NCBI GenBank assembly: GCA_013265495.1
Contig: MU058384.1
Coordinates: 2,044-66,043, forward strand
DNA: 64,000 nt
DNA from: Vicugna vicugna
Taxonomy: Eukaryota
Reading direction: 5' to 3'
The notes beneath the pieces are model-generated. The model saw only the letters and a list, made by a program, of their open reading frames with translations, did no database searches and was not told where the DNA came from. The position numbers were made by a program, and so were the translations under genes. The number at the start of each line of letters is the position of its first letter. The first letter of the stretch is position 1. Below are positions 24,080 through 36,545 of this stretch, one piece after another.

Positions 24080-26141
24080 TGAAAGGTGGAATGGCCAAAT
24101 TAATCTCTGACAAAGTAGTTTACAGAGTACAGATCAGTGATAAAGAAGAACATTTCATAATTATAAGGGCCCAGTTCATTATAATATAACAGTCTTAAAC
24201 ATGTATGTACTTAAAATAGTTTCAAAGCATGTGAAGGAAGGACTCATAGAACTGCCAGAAGAAAACAAAAACTCCAGAATTATAGTTGGATATTTTAATA
24301 TTTCTTTCTCAATAACTGAGTGAACTAACTGAGCAATAATCAGTAAATAAACAAAAGACTTGAAAAATATTACTAACCAGCTTGTCCTAAACAGTATGTA
24401 CAGAATACTATCCAACAACAGTGAAATACACATTCTTCTCAAATGCACCTAGAATATTTACCAAAATAGATTATATTGGGGGTCATATAACAAGTCTCAT
24501 TAATGTTTAAAAATTTTTCAGTTATGAAATATGTTCTATGATCATGGTAGAATTAAATCAGAAATGGAAAAGAAACAGCATTTGAAAACTCTCAAATATT
24601 TGCAAACTGAAAACAAAACAAAACAAAACCCAAAATACACTTCAAAATAACCTGTGAGTGAAAGAAGAAATCAAACAGGAAATTAGAAGTTATTTCAAAT
24701 GAATAAAAATGAAAGCACAACACTATCAGAATTAAAAGAGCGCTTATAGGGAAATTTATGGTGCTAAACATCCACATAAAAAAATAAGAAATGACTTAAA
24801 CCAAAGTCTTCTGCTTCCACCTTAAGGAAATGGGAAAAAGCTAATTAAAAGGAAAGTAAGTAAAGAAATAAAAGGATAAAGAGTAGCAGCCAATGAGTAG
24901 AAAACAGAGAAATCAAAGAGAAAATCAAAGAAAGCAAAAGCTGGTTTCTTGAGGTCAATGAAATTGATAAAACTCTAGCTAGATGAAACACACAAAAAAG
25001 GAAAAGACAAATTATAATTATCAGGAATAAGCATTAAAATCACCACAGATTCAATAGGTATTACAATGATTATAAAGGAATGAGTAACTTTATGTGAATA
25101 AATTTGACAACTTGAATGAAATTGACAAATCTCTGACAGGCACAATCTATTGCAGTTCACTCAAGAAGAACAGGTAACCTAAACAGAACTATACATATTA
25201 AAAACTTAAACTGTAGTTTAAAATCTTCTCACAAAGAAAATTCCAGCCTGAGATGAATTTACTGGTGAATCCTACTAAACATTTAAGGATAGAATAATTC
25301 CAATTCTACATAAACTCTTCCAGTAAAGAAGAGAAGGGAATATTATTCAACTCACCCTGCGTTCAGAATTACTCTGATATCAGACATTAAAAAAAATATA
25401 AATCAGTATCACTTATTAACAGAGGTGCAAAAATTCTTTAAAAAAATCAAATAAGACCAAATCATATATAAAAAGAATAATAATTATAACCAGTTTCCCT
25501 AGAATACAAGGTTAGTCAAACATAAGTTAATCTATGTAATTAATCACAAAAATAAACACAAAACAAAATTATATGATCATCTTAGAAGACACAAAAAAAG
25601 CATTTGACTGATTCCAAAATGTATTTCTCTAGCAAATTATGAATAGAGTTGACTTGATTAAGGGCATCTGTGGAAAACCTACAGATAATCATATTTAATG
25701 GTGAAGACTGAAAAGTTTTCTCTTAAAATCAGGAAGGGTAAAGGAATATTCCTTCTCACTTCTTCTATTCAGCATCCTACTGGAGGTTCTAGCCAGTGCA
25801 ATCAGGAAAGAAAAAAATAGGATGGGATAAAGCTGCTTTATTCACAGATGACATGATTATGATTATCTATGTAGAAAATCCTATGACATCTACCAAAAGG
25901 AGCTACCAGATAGAATTAATAAGTGAGTTTAGCAAGATTGTTCATGGATCAGAAGATTCATTCTTGTTTAAGAGATCAATTTGCCCTCAAATGATGTATA
26001 GATTTAACACAACCCCAATAAAAATCTCAACAGATATTTTTGTAGAAATTGACAAATTGATTCTAAAACTCATATAGAAATGCAAGTATAGCCAAAAGAA
26101 CTTGAAAAAGCAAAATAAAATTGAAAAATTAATACTACCTG
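24080..26141 (+). mobile_element. Old L1 ORF2 remnant (EN to RT), with internal deletions
   Basis: Continuous decayed ORF2 sequence. The ORF at 25796 contains LFTDDMI (RT FADD motif region) and YRFNTTPIKI. Confidence 0.85.
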
Positions 26142-26194
26142 TCCTCCAGTAAAAGTAAGGACGCAAGTAAGAAAAAAATTCACCAGCATGTGGG

Positions 26195-26356
26195 CCCCTG
26201 TTAGTGTTTTGACTCTGTTCCTCAATCTGCCTGTTATTTGCTTTGCAGAGTCCTCAGGTGGTTGATTTTTGAATTCTGTCTAGAGATTTAATTTGTAATG
26301 AGGGGAAGAGGTAGGATGTAGTCAGTTTACTGCAGCTTGGCTGGTACAAGTAGTCT
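26195..26356 (-). mobile_element. Possible old L1 5'-end fragment
   Basis: caatctgcctgttatttgctttgcagagtcctcaggtgg...ctgcagcttggctggtacaagtagtc resembles the reverse complement of old L1M 5' ends. Confidence 0.4.
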
Positions 26357-26764
26357 TAAATAATTTTTTAAAAGAATCAATTTGCAACATTTTTGATCCT
26401 CTATGTTCTAAGTTTGCTTCATATGTTATTAGTTTTTGTGTTCATGCTTATTATTTTCTTCTTTCTTTGAATTTGATTAATATGTGATGTTTTGATGCTA
26501 ACAGAAGTTCTACATGTCAAAATTCAATGGGAAAAAGGAAGGCCTTCAGTCCTACAGCATTCAACTTCTGAGTAAAGGCTCTGAACTTATTTTTTTTGTC
26601 ATCATCCTTCTAATAAAAGGCATTGTTTTTTGTCTTTATTCTCTGAAATCTCCTTCTCCTTTTTTCGTCACAGTGTTAGATTGTAATTTTATGCAAAAAC
26701 AAATGGATAGTGCTCATGATTTAGTGATTTGAGGGATTTTGCATGCCAAACACTTTATAACATA

Positions 26765-26997
26765 CGGGATAAGAACAAAGAATTCTGGAGTGGGCAAAAT
26801 CTGGATTCAATTCAGATCTATCACATATCAGCTGTATGACCTTGAAACAATTGCTTAAAGAGTCCTCAAATCCTTTATCTATAAAATTGAAGTAGTAATA
26901 GCTACTGGCCATGGTTATGAGGATTAAAGGAGATTTTGCACGTGAGGCGTCTAGCACATGGTTAGCATGTGGTAAGCACTAAGTTAATGGTAGCTAC
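26765..26997 (+). mobile_element. MIR SINE
   Basis: ctggattcaattc...gctgtatgaccttg...atctataaaattg...gaggattaaaggag...taagcactaag. Confidence 0.75.
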
Positions 26998-27859
26998 ACA
27001 TTAATCTTAGGACAGTGAATATTTTTATTGATGACACTTCTTCTGGTGTTTTGTAACATTTCATTAAATGATTTTTATTTTTTAAGCTTTATACTTTAAT
27101 GGTTTTAATTTTGTGTGACATTTAAATTGAAAAACTAGAGGGAAACTCTATTGTCATGACATGAAGTAGGAGCTGGAATTCTACATTCTGAAATAGTATA
27201 TCCACTCCTGTTGGACTTACGGGAGAAGCTGGCCTTTGATAACTTCCTTGAAAGATCCCACATAGAGTCGTTGTTGGATATCTTATCCCTGCCTATTTTA
27301 TAAAGCCAAATATGCCTCTCTGTGGTTATTTAATGGACTTGATTAGCTAGATGCTTCTCTGCATGGTAAGGATTAATTTAGAAAGCTAATAAGCATCACG
27401 TACAGGGCATATTTATTTCGAAGCAAAACAGAAAAAACTTTTGAAGCGAACTGATTGCAAATGCACTAATTTGAATTTGTCTGCTTCACTTGAGCTCTGT
27501 TATACTTTTTGAGATCATTGAATGTGAATAATGAACTGATCTTAATTCACATATTTGGAGGGGCATGGAATAGACAAATTCAAGTTTGAACAGTCTTCAC
27601 ATTTTTGAGTTTTATTCTGAAATTTTCTATTTTGTAGAGGGAAATAATAAAAATAAAATCTAAGTTTTAACATTAAATGGTCTCATGAATGATTCTTTTA
27701 TTAACTAAAAGCTTATTAAACCCAACCTACTACAGAAATGAAATAAAATTTCATTCACCTTAAAGAAATAATAACTCTTACAGCACTCTATTATAAAGTA
27801 CTGAGATGATGTATAAGTACCTTAAGCAAACTAACACAGTAACCAGAGGGGACCCAGCT

Positions 27860-28712
27860 GTTGGTTTCACTGATAGTGTCTGTGGTTTTCCTTTCTATTT
27901 CACTTATTTCTGCTCCTATCTTTATTATTTTTTTCTTTGCTTGCTTTGGGTTTTATTTTGCTTTCATTTTTCTAATTTCTTAACCTGATAAATAGGCTCA
28001 TAGATTTGAGACTTTCTTTTTAATATGCAAGTAATGTTACATGTAAGCACTACTTTAATTAAATCTCATTGTATTGAGGTAAATTATGTCCCCCTCAAAA
28101 GATATGCTGAAGAAATAATCCCTAGTACCTGTAACAGTGAACTTATTTGGAAGCAGGATCTTTGCAGAAGTTATCAAGTTAATTTAAGGTCATCATCCTG
28201 GCTTCTGGTGAGCCCTAAATCCAATGACTGGTATCATTAAAAGAGAAAGGGAGAGAGATTTAGATAGAGAGACTCGGGGAAGAAGGCCATGTGAAGAATG
28301 AAGCAAGAGTGAACTGATGCAGCCCTAAACCAAAAACAAATAAAGAAGCAAACAAATCCCACCCATATACCTGAAACCACGCAAGGCTAGGAAGAGGAAA
28401 AGATGGAATCTCCCCTAGAACCTTCAAAGGGAGCATGGCCCTGCCAACACCTTGATATGGACATCTAGCCTCCAGAATTATGAGAGAATAAAGTCTGTTG
28501 TTTTAAACCACCTAGTTTGAAGTACTTTCTTACAGCAGGGTTAGGAAACTAAAATGCCCATACATTTTATATTTTTTTTCACCTTCATTCAGTTAAAAAT
28601 ATTTTCAAACTTCCCTCTTAGTTTTTCTTTAACCTACAGCTTAAGTAGAAATGTGTTGCCTGTTTTTTCCAATGTTTGAAAAATTTTCTCTTGCTACTGA
28701 TTTCTAGTTTTA
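27860..28712 (-). mobile_element. Old L1 ORF2 fragment interrupted by MLT1C
   Basis: T-rich antisense ORF2 sequence (atttctgctcctatctttattatttttttctttgcttgctttggg) on both sides of the LTR. Confidence 0.6.
28070..28556 (+). mobile_element. MaLR solo LTR, MLT1C-like
   Basis: tgtattgaggtaaattatgtcccctcaaaagatatg...ggagcatggccctgccaacaccttga...ggaaactaa. 5-bp flanks ctcat/cccat. Confidence 0.85.
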
Positions 28713-29289
28713 GAGGTATATTTTACATTATTTTATCTAAGTGGTAGTCACCTCCAAGGTTTGATATGACTAGCACATCTCAATTTATCTTACCCAGAGT
28801 TTTAGGACTCCATAGCCATATCTGGCCACTGGCTGCTGTTTTAGATGGCATAGTCTGTCTTATCTGCATATTTTTACTTTTAACCTATCTGCAAGTGTGG
28901 GAGAATCGTTTCCTGATGGGGCAACCTTAACCACTGTGATAACTGAGGGGGAGGGAAGCTGAGTTGATAAATTCTCACGTCTATAGGCTGCTCAGAGGAG
29001 AGACTTTTCTTTTCAGTCCCTCCAGCCTTGCCTCTTGTGCCTGGTAACTGTACAAAGGTCCTGAAGTTTCTTTCCTTGTTCTCGATACTTTGCGAAGCAA
29101 TTGCCTGTGTTGTAATCCAGTGTAATCCCCCTGATGGATTTGCTTTATGTCCATTTTTCTTTACCTTATTCCTCTTTTTTTTAACCGTATCTTTCACACC
29201 TTTTTCAGCTGCCAAGTGTCAGATTTTAAACCTTGCCTCATCTGCTATTTTCTAGAGAATCTTGGCTAATACTGACACACTAAAATAAT

Positions 29290-29900
29290 CCATCGTGTTA
29301 ACGGATGGAAACAAAAAGTTAACAATGAAAAGTCTATGTTCATCTCCATAGCTAGATCAAAGTTATTATAGAGGAGAAGATTATATTTAGAGTATCAACA
29401 AAATGATAAAATTATAAGAAACTGAACAATGTTATCTGACAGATGTTTTTAAGTCCTGAAAGAAACAAGGTTTTTTATTTCCTCAGATACACAATTTGAT
29501 TATGAATTAGGAAAAAATGGGAAAAATAAATAAGCAAGAACGAGTAGAAAAATCCTGAAAAACATGACAAAAAATTGGAATAGTCATATAAGTTATTAAA
29601 ACATATTGCAAAGGCTTTGTAATTAAAACCGTGTAATATTTTACCAGGAAAAACAAAGGGAGGGATGCAACCGAATAGAGAATGCAGAAACAAACACAAG
29701 GACAAACATAAATTTAGTGTATGATAAAGATAATTGCTCAAAACAGCAACAACAAGAGACTTTTAAAATTAGTGATATTTGGGTAACTCAGATAATTTGT
29801 GAAAATACAAAATTAAGTTCTTTTCTTATGTCATACGTTAAGGTAGATTTTCAAATCGTAAGAAATCTCAGTGGAAAAATGAAGGTGTATGAGCCCTAGG
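29290..29900 (+). mobile_element. Highly decayed L1 ORF2 fragment
   Basis: A-rich L1-like motifs (gcaaaggctttgtaattaaaaccgtgtaatatt, tttagtgtatgataaag). Confidence 0.4.
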
Positions 29901-30044
29901 AATCTGAAAAGTGTTCAAAGAAATAAGAATGAGTAACTCTTGAAACTCTACCTCATATCTAGAAGATCTAAAGAAATTATTAGTTTTTTAATTCAGAAGA
30001 CTTTCTTATATGACATAGTTTTAAAAACACATTTTTTAAATACA

Positions 30045-31193
30045 TGTTAGAGGAGATCCTAGATTGCCTGCCTCCTGGTTGATGAAATAAAATTCATATT
30101 TTAAGGCAAGATGGGAGACATTTAAACGTAACACTTTTTCTCTACCCATCCGGGCCTCCTCTCTCCCCTCTAGTGTGCATAGTGCATCTGCATTCTGAGT
30201 TAACTAGATCTTCCCAATGGCAGAAATAACTGCTCAACCATAAAGATTATTTTTAAAAAGTTCTGGTGTCAGCCATAAAACTCCTTAGAAGATAACAATG
30301 CTTTCTCAGTCCTGTAAAGGGTCATAATACCCACCACTTACCTTGTATGTGCAGACATATTTGGTGAACTTTATGTCCAATGCACTATAACATTTCCCTT
30401 AGAGATAGCCATCCAATAAAAATAGCCATGACTAGGTGACTTGAAATGATTGACCAAGTATATAGTTCTATAAGATCAGTAATTGTAATAGTGGAACTCT
30501 AGAGATGAGAAGAAGCAACATGAGGGAACCATTTCCTGGATCACAGCAGACGAGTCAGACAGTTCAGAGACGTTGGCTCCCATTCACAGGTCCTGGTCCA
30601 ATAATAGCACATTGAGGGGCCTATCAATGAAATTCCCACCTGACCTGGGAATGAGCATTCTTAGTGTTATGGGACAAATCAGTCATGAAATGCCTCCCAA
30701 CCTTGGTCAAAATTAAGACCCAAAGGGAGGAAATTGTAAAATTAATTGCCCATCATCCAGTTTTACAAGAACCAAATTACTAGCCACTGCAATTGCTAAC
30801 CTACAAGACACCCCACAAAAAATTTAGAGTGAAGATCAGGATGAGGCATTATGTGCTCTGGGAAAGCTGGCAAAACCAGCCCTCAGAGAGTTACATAGTT
30901 TCAGGAGAAAATTTTATAAACCCAGTTTCTTGCATGTTTCCACCCTTGGAAAATCACTAAAATCCATTAACTAAGGTATTTGTTTCTCTCAAATAGTAGT
31001 AATCTTCTACCAAGATATGTGCTTGATTGCATGCACCCCTTTGCCAAAATCACACGTGTACTGGCCTCCCCGACTTCACTCTCTGGGACAGCCCTTAGAG
31101 CTTTCTAAAAGACTGTCTCCTGGGTTATAACCTCAGTTTGATTTTAATACAATTCTCTAGCTTTTTCTTAGATTGACTCATTTTTCAGCACCA
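30045..31193 (+). mobile_element. ERV1-class LTR sequence, probably two LTR pieces
   Basis: TG start (tgttagagg) and CA end (tttttcagcacca). Region 30800-31140 is homologous to the LTR at 19822-20220 (cactaaaatccattaact; agagctttctaaaagactgtctcctggg). Confidence 0.5.
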
Positions 31194-32784
31194 TGGTAAA
31201 ACTGGGAGGTTGTAAAATTTGATGTCATTAAATTATAATGTGGAAAATACTGTACTAACTGGAAAGTTTTGGATATTAATAATGAAGACTTCACTTGGCA
31301 ATTTCATAGTCCTTGGGAGTCTATCCCAAAGTTACATTGAAAAATTAAGCTCAACCTTATTGATATTTTATATATATATATGGGTGTGGGTTTATATATA
31401 TTTATATATAGACACAGATACACACACAAATAAATACTATTTATTGAATCCTGCTACCCTTAGGCTCTGGCACAAAGCCAATCACATTATAGTTTACATA
31501 TTATTATTAAGAATCTAATATTCACTATGCATTGGCTCATATTCAAACAAATTGAGTGAAGTCAGGCTTAGCACTTTTGATTCTCCTCTTATCCTTTTTC
31601 AACATTTAGTTTTGCTGCTTCAGAGTTCTTTTTTACTTTTTTAAATAATGATCTTCCTGGACTCAACTGATAGTTGGAGAGTTAGAAAGCACTTTTCTTT
31701 GGAACTTGTGATTGTAATTGAAGGGCTACACAGAAGAAGGTGAATAAGACATAATTTTCCCTCTTAGTTTGCCCAGGACACAGGGACACAGCAGGTCTGT
31801 AGTCATTGATCACAAGTGCCAAAGACACTCCAAACTTTCCTTCTTACCTTTTAATTTCTCTTTTGGGGATATGAGTTATCATGGTAGGAGGAGAGGGTAG
31901 ATTTGCAAAGCCATTTGAAAATGCTGGAATGTAGGCTGAGGGCTCACATCAAGAGTTTGTGAACACTCCCAATCTAAGCCAGACTTGGATCCCAGACACT
32001 CTTTTGATGTCTTGAACCCCACAAGATCAGTGCAATCTCTATTATTCAGCAAACTGGCTGCAGCCTTGTGTAAGGATCATGGCTGCTAATGATGGGGTAT
32101 TTAGTGTTCCTCATAAAACTTAGACACGTTGTATCTAATTCTGTGAGGTGCCGTTGGTATTCCTGTTTTATGGATAAAAATATTGATGGTCAAAGAGGTT
32201 AAACCTCTTCAGAAGGGACTGAAAGTTTATTACTTTACCCCTTCCTAAATTCAAGCACTACCCTGGAAACTAATAGATCATGCAAAACACTGAATTCTGA
32301 AATATGAAAAATGTGGCTCTGACCTAATCCCCAGCAAATCATTGCCTGAGAAAACTGAATGCTCTCAATGCTCCATATTTTTTGTGGCTTTAAATTTTAG
32401 TGGAAGATCACTCCTCTCTGTCTGAGTTCTATGCAGACCATAAACGAGGTCCTGGGAGGTAACAGGAAGCTGCTCTCCAACCTCAGAGGAGAGGAGTGCT
32501 TCATCTTACTGAGGAGCATGAGAAGAGCACTATCCTCCGTGGTACTCCCACATTGAGAGCCACCTGCCTGTGGGGCCCCAGGATTCTCCTTTTGCTTCCA
32601 CTTCCCTGCAGAAGCTCACCAAACAAACGACGACTTGCAATCTGTATAACATGGTGAGCAAATGAGTCAGACTCATCCAGAACTGAGGCGGGGGCAGGGA
32701 GGGAGGGTGGCGGTGGTGAATGGAGTAAAATGACTGTTTTCTTCACATTTAACTAAAAATCCCTATCCTATATGGTTTTTTAAA

Positions 32785-34764
32785 ATTGTTTTAATTGAGG
32801 AAACTTTGGTTTTTAACATTATATATGTTTCATGTTTACACCATCATATTTTGACTTCTGTATACACTACAGTCTGCTCACCAGCAAAAGTTTAATTTCT
32901 ACTTGTCACCATATGGTTGACCCCTCTTTACCCATTTCTCCCCCCTCCCACTCCACTATGCCTCTGGTAAACACGATTCTGTTCTCCTTATCTATGTGTT
33001 TGTTTTCGTTTGGTTGATTAGTTCACTTATTTGGTTGTTTTGCTGTTTTGTGTAGTCTACATATGACTGAAATCATATGGTATCTGTATTTCTCCGTCTG
33101 ACTTATTTCACTTAGCTTAATACCCTCAAGTTCCATCCATGTTGTTAAAAATGTCAAGATTTCATCTTTTTTTCAGTGGCCAAGCAGTGTTGCATTGTGT
33201 ATGTACACCACGTTTTTATCTTCTTTTGATAAGGAGAAAGTGTTTCCTCTTTAACTCCTTAAAAATTATTAACAAAATATCGAATCCATTGTTTTATTTA
33301 AAAACAAAATTTTTATTTTCTATTTGTAATACCAGATGTTTTAAGACAATATAAGATTCTCCAAGTGGAAAAATACATATGTATATACATATGTATATGT
33401 ATGTCATATTTTCTTTATCCTTTATCTGTTGATGAGCACTTAGATTGTTTCCATATCTTGGCTATTGTAAATAATGTTGCAGTGAACATAGGGGTATATA
33501 TATCTTTAAGATTTAATTTTTTGTATTCTTTGGATAAATACTTCAAAGTGGACCAATTTACTTTCCCACCAAAAGAGCACGAGGGCTCCCTTTTCCTTAC
33601 ATTCTCTCCAATACTTCTTATTTCTTGACTTTTTGATAATATCCATTCTAACAGGTGTGAGGTGATATCTCATTGTGATTTTAATTTACATTTCCCTAAT
33701 AATTAGTTACGTTGAACATCCTTTCAAATGTGCCATCTGAATGTCTTCTTTGAAAAAAAAAAGTCTATTAAGTTCTTCTGCCCATTTTTTAATCAGGTTT
33801 TTTTGGGGTTTTTTGTTATTGTGTTTTAAGAATCCTTTATATATTTTGGATATTAACCCTTTCTCAGATATAAAATTTGTAAATATCTTCTTCCATTTGG
33901 TAGGTTGTCTTTCTATTTTGTTGATGGTTTCCTTTGCTGTTCAGAAGCTTTTTAGTTTGAAGTAGTCCCATTTGTTTATTTTTGCTTTTGTTTTTCTTGA
34001 CTGAGAAGGATCTAGAAAGATCTTGCTAAGACTGATGTCAATGAGCATCCTGCCTATGCTTTATTCTAGGAGTTTTATGGTTTTATGTCTTACATTCAAG
34101 TCTTTAACCAATTTTGAGTTGATTTGTGTGTGTGGTGGAAGATAGTGTTCTTGTTTTATTCTTTTGCACATTCCTGTCCAGTTTCCCCAACATCATTTAT
34201 TGAAGACAATCTTTTTCCATTGTGTGTTTTTGCTTCTTTATCAGAGATTTATTGTTCATATATATGTGTAGGTTTATTTCTTGGTTTTCAATTCTGTACC
34301 ATTAATCTGTGTGTCTGTTTATCTGCCAATATAATGCAGTTTTGATTACTATAGTTTATAGGATAGTTTGAGATCAGGGAATGTGATCCCTCCAGCTTTA
34401 TTCTTTTCTTTCTTCTTTCTCAAAGATTTCTTTGGCTTTTTGGGGTCTTTTGTGGTTCCATATGCATTTTAGGATTTTTTTTGTTGTTCTATTTCTGTGA
34501 AAATGTCATTGGAATTTTGATAAGTATTACATTGAATCTGTAGATTACTTTAAGTGATACGGACATTTTATCAATGTTAATTCTTCCAATCCAATCCATG
34601 AGCATGAAATACATTTCCATTTCTTCGTGTCTTCAGTTTTTTTCAACAGTGTCATAGTTTGTAGTGTACAGATCTTTCACCTTTTTGGTTAAATTTATTC
34701 CAGGTATTTTATTCTTTTTGTTGTGATTGTAAATGGAATTGCTTCCTTAATTCCTCTTTCTGCT
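32785..34764 (-). mobile_element. 5'-truncated L1 (~2 kb; 3'UTR plus ORF2 C-terminus), L1MA9-age/laurasiatherian type
   Basis: Clear antisense L1: gacttatttcacttagc, ccattctaacaggtgtgaggtgatatctcattg, gcttttttagtttga, ttcttccaatcc. Confidence 0.9.
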
Positions 34765-35871
34765 CAAACTGTCACTTTTAGAATGCTTAAAGTTTAGTGA
34801 GTAGTCATGTTCCCTATTTCTGCCCTTAAAGCTGATTCTGTTCCTTGTTAAATACACACACACACACACACATTTTTTTAGGTTTCATTGGAATGCTTTT
34901 AGTGTTTGTTTCTCTTTCTTTTCTTTACAAAATAAATGTTTACTAGCTTATGTAGAAGTAAGCTTATTTTCTAGAGTATTCCCAAACACATCCCACTCAT
35001 CCAAAGCAGAACCAGCCTCGAGTATAGCTGCCAAATGCCTTAATCTCTTGATTAAGTTATTTGTTTGTGCCTTGAGCAATAAATTAGTGGCAGGAGGGGG
35101 ATTAGAACAGACACTTCCGAGATGCTTCCATACCTCCTGCTTCAGTTACGAGAAGGAAAATAATGAAGATTTTCTGTTGAAAGCTTGTTGGTAATTAGAC
35201 TTTCTATTATCTAAATACTAATTGGCTTCTTATTCAATCTATTCACTTAAGGTGAAATACTAATTAAGTCTTTTCTCTTCATGATTTTTCTGAAGACAAC
35301 AAAACAGCTAATGAATAGGAGTTCAGGGTTTTCAATGAATGCAAGTCAATATATACAAGGAGTTAATGTATTTTATTAGGGCTTTTCCAGATAACAGATG
35401 CATCATGGTTTGCATAGATTCACCATTATTCAAAATCTCTAAAGTTTTTAGTGGGCCAGGTATGCCATAATGGGAGAACAGAATTAAACCTGTGACGAAT
35501 GTGAGTGAGGCTCCCTACATCTCTCTACATCTTCCCTGTTTCCTTTGTGCTGCTGTTTGCTCTCTTCACTACATTAACGTGCTTGAGAGCCCAGCAGGCT
35601 TGCCTGTTCCTGCTGTGAGTACGTGTGTGGGTTCCAGCTCCTTAGAGAGGCAAAGTCGTACTGATAATAACTTTCTGTTAGTGGCCATTCAGAAAAGCTA
35701 ACGGCTGTGGCATGCCCATACTAACTACTATTTACTGATGTAGATAGTGTCTAAATGTGTTTTTGTGAAAAGATGCTCACGCTTCTTTAGAAGGAAAAAT
35801 GGTTTCTGGTAAACTTGGTTGGCCTTTTTTTGCATGAGAAACAAATAAGCAGAAGAGTCTGAAGCTACTGT

Positions 35872-36545
35872 TTAACTTTATGTTTTGAAATAGTTTAACT
35901 CATAATAAGTTACAATAATAGAATAGAGCTTACGCCTGTACTCAGCACTCCCTCCGCTCAGCTCTGCCCAATAATAACATTTAAGGTGACCATAGTACAG
36001 TTTCAAAGCCAGGAAACTGACATTCATACAATGTCATTAACGAAACTACAGACCTTATTAAGATTTCACCAGTTTTTATATGCACTTGCTTTTGTTTTGT
36101 TTTGTTTTTTGGCATTCAACATGATAAAAGTTTCACCGCATGTATAGTTCCATATAACCACCACCAGTATCAAGACTCAGACCATTCCATCCACATAGAG
36201 AACATCCTTAATCCCTGGCTCCCTCACTACAATTTTGTCCTTTTGAGAATGGTATATAAATAGAATCATGTAATATGTAACCACTTAGGGTTGGCTTTTC
36301 CTATTAAGTATAATGTCCTTGAGATGCATCCAAGTAGATGATTATTATTCCAGAGTATGGATATTCTTTTTTTAATTCATGAAGGCTTTTTTTTAAATGA
36401 AGCACATTTGAATTGTTTCTAAATTTTGCTTATTACAAATAAAGAGACTATAAACATTTATGTACAGGTTTTTATGTAGACATACATTTTCATTTTTGCT
36501 GGAATAAATACTCAAGAGTGAAATTACTGTGTTGTGAAATAATAT
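35872..36545 (-). mobile_element. L1MC/L1MD-type 3' end
   Basis: ccatagtacagtttcaaagccaggaaactgacatt...ctacagaccttattaagatttcacc; gactataaacatttatgtacaggtttt. Confidence 0.65.

Noticed and set aside
17254..27226. Shared 12-mer acttacgggaga at 17254 and 27215
   Set aside because: Many 12-mer matches are expected by chance in a window this size, and the flanks are unrelated.
27221..27292. 72-nt minus-strand candidate exon with a gtaagt donor
   Set aside because: Weak polypyrimidine tract. The open-frame peptides (AGIRYPTTTLCG... or RDKISNNDSMW...) match nothing I recognise, and no partner exons were found.
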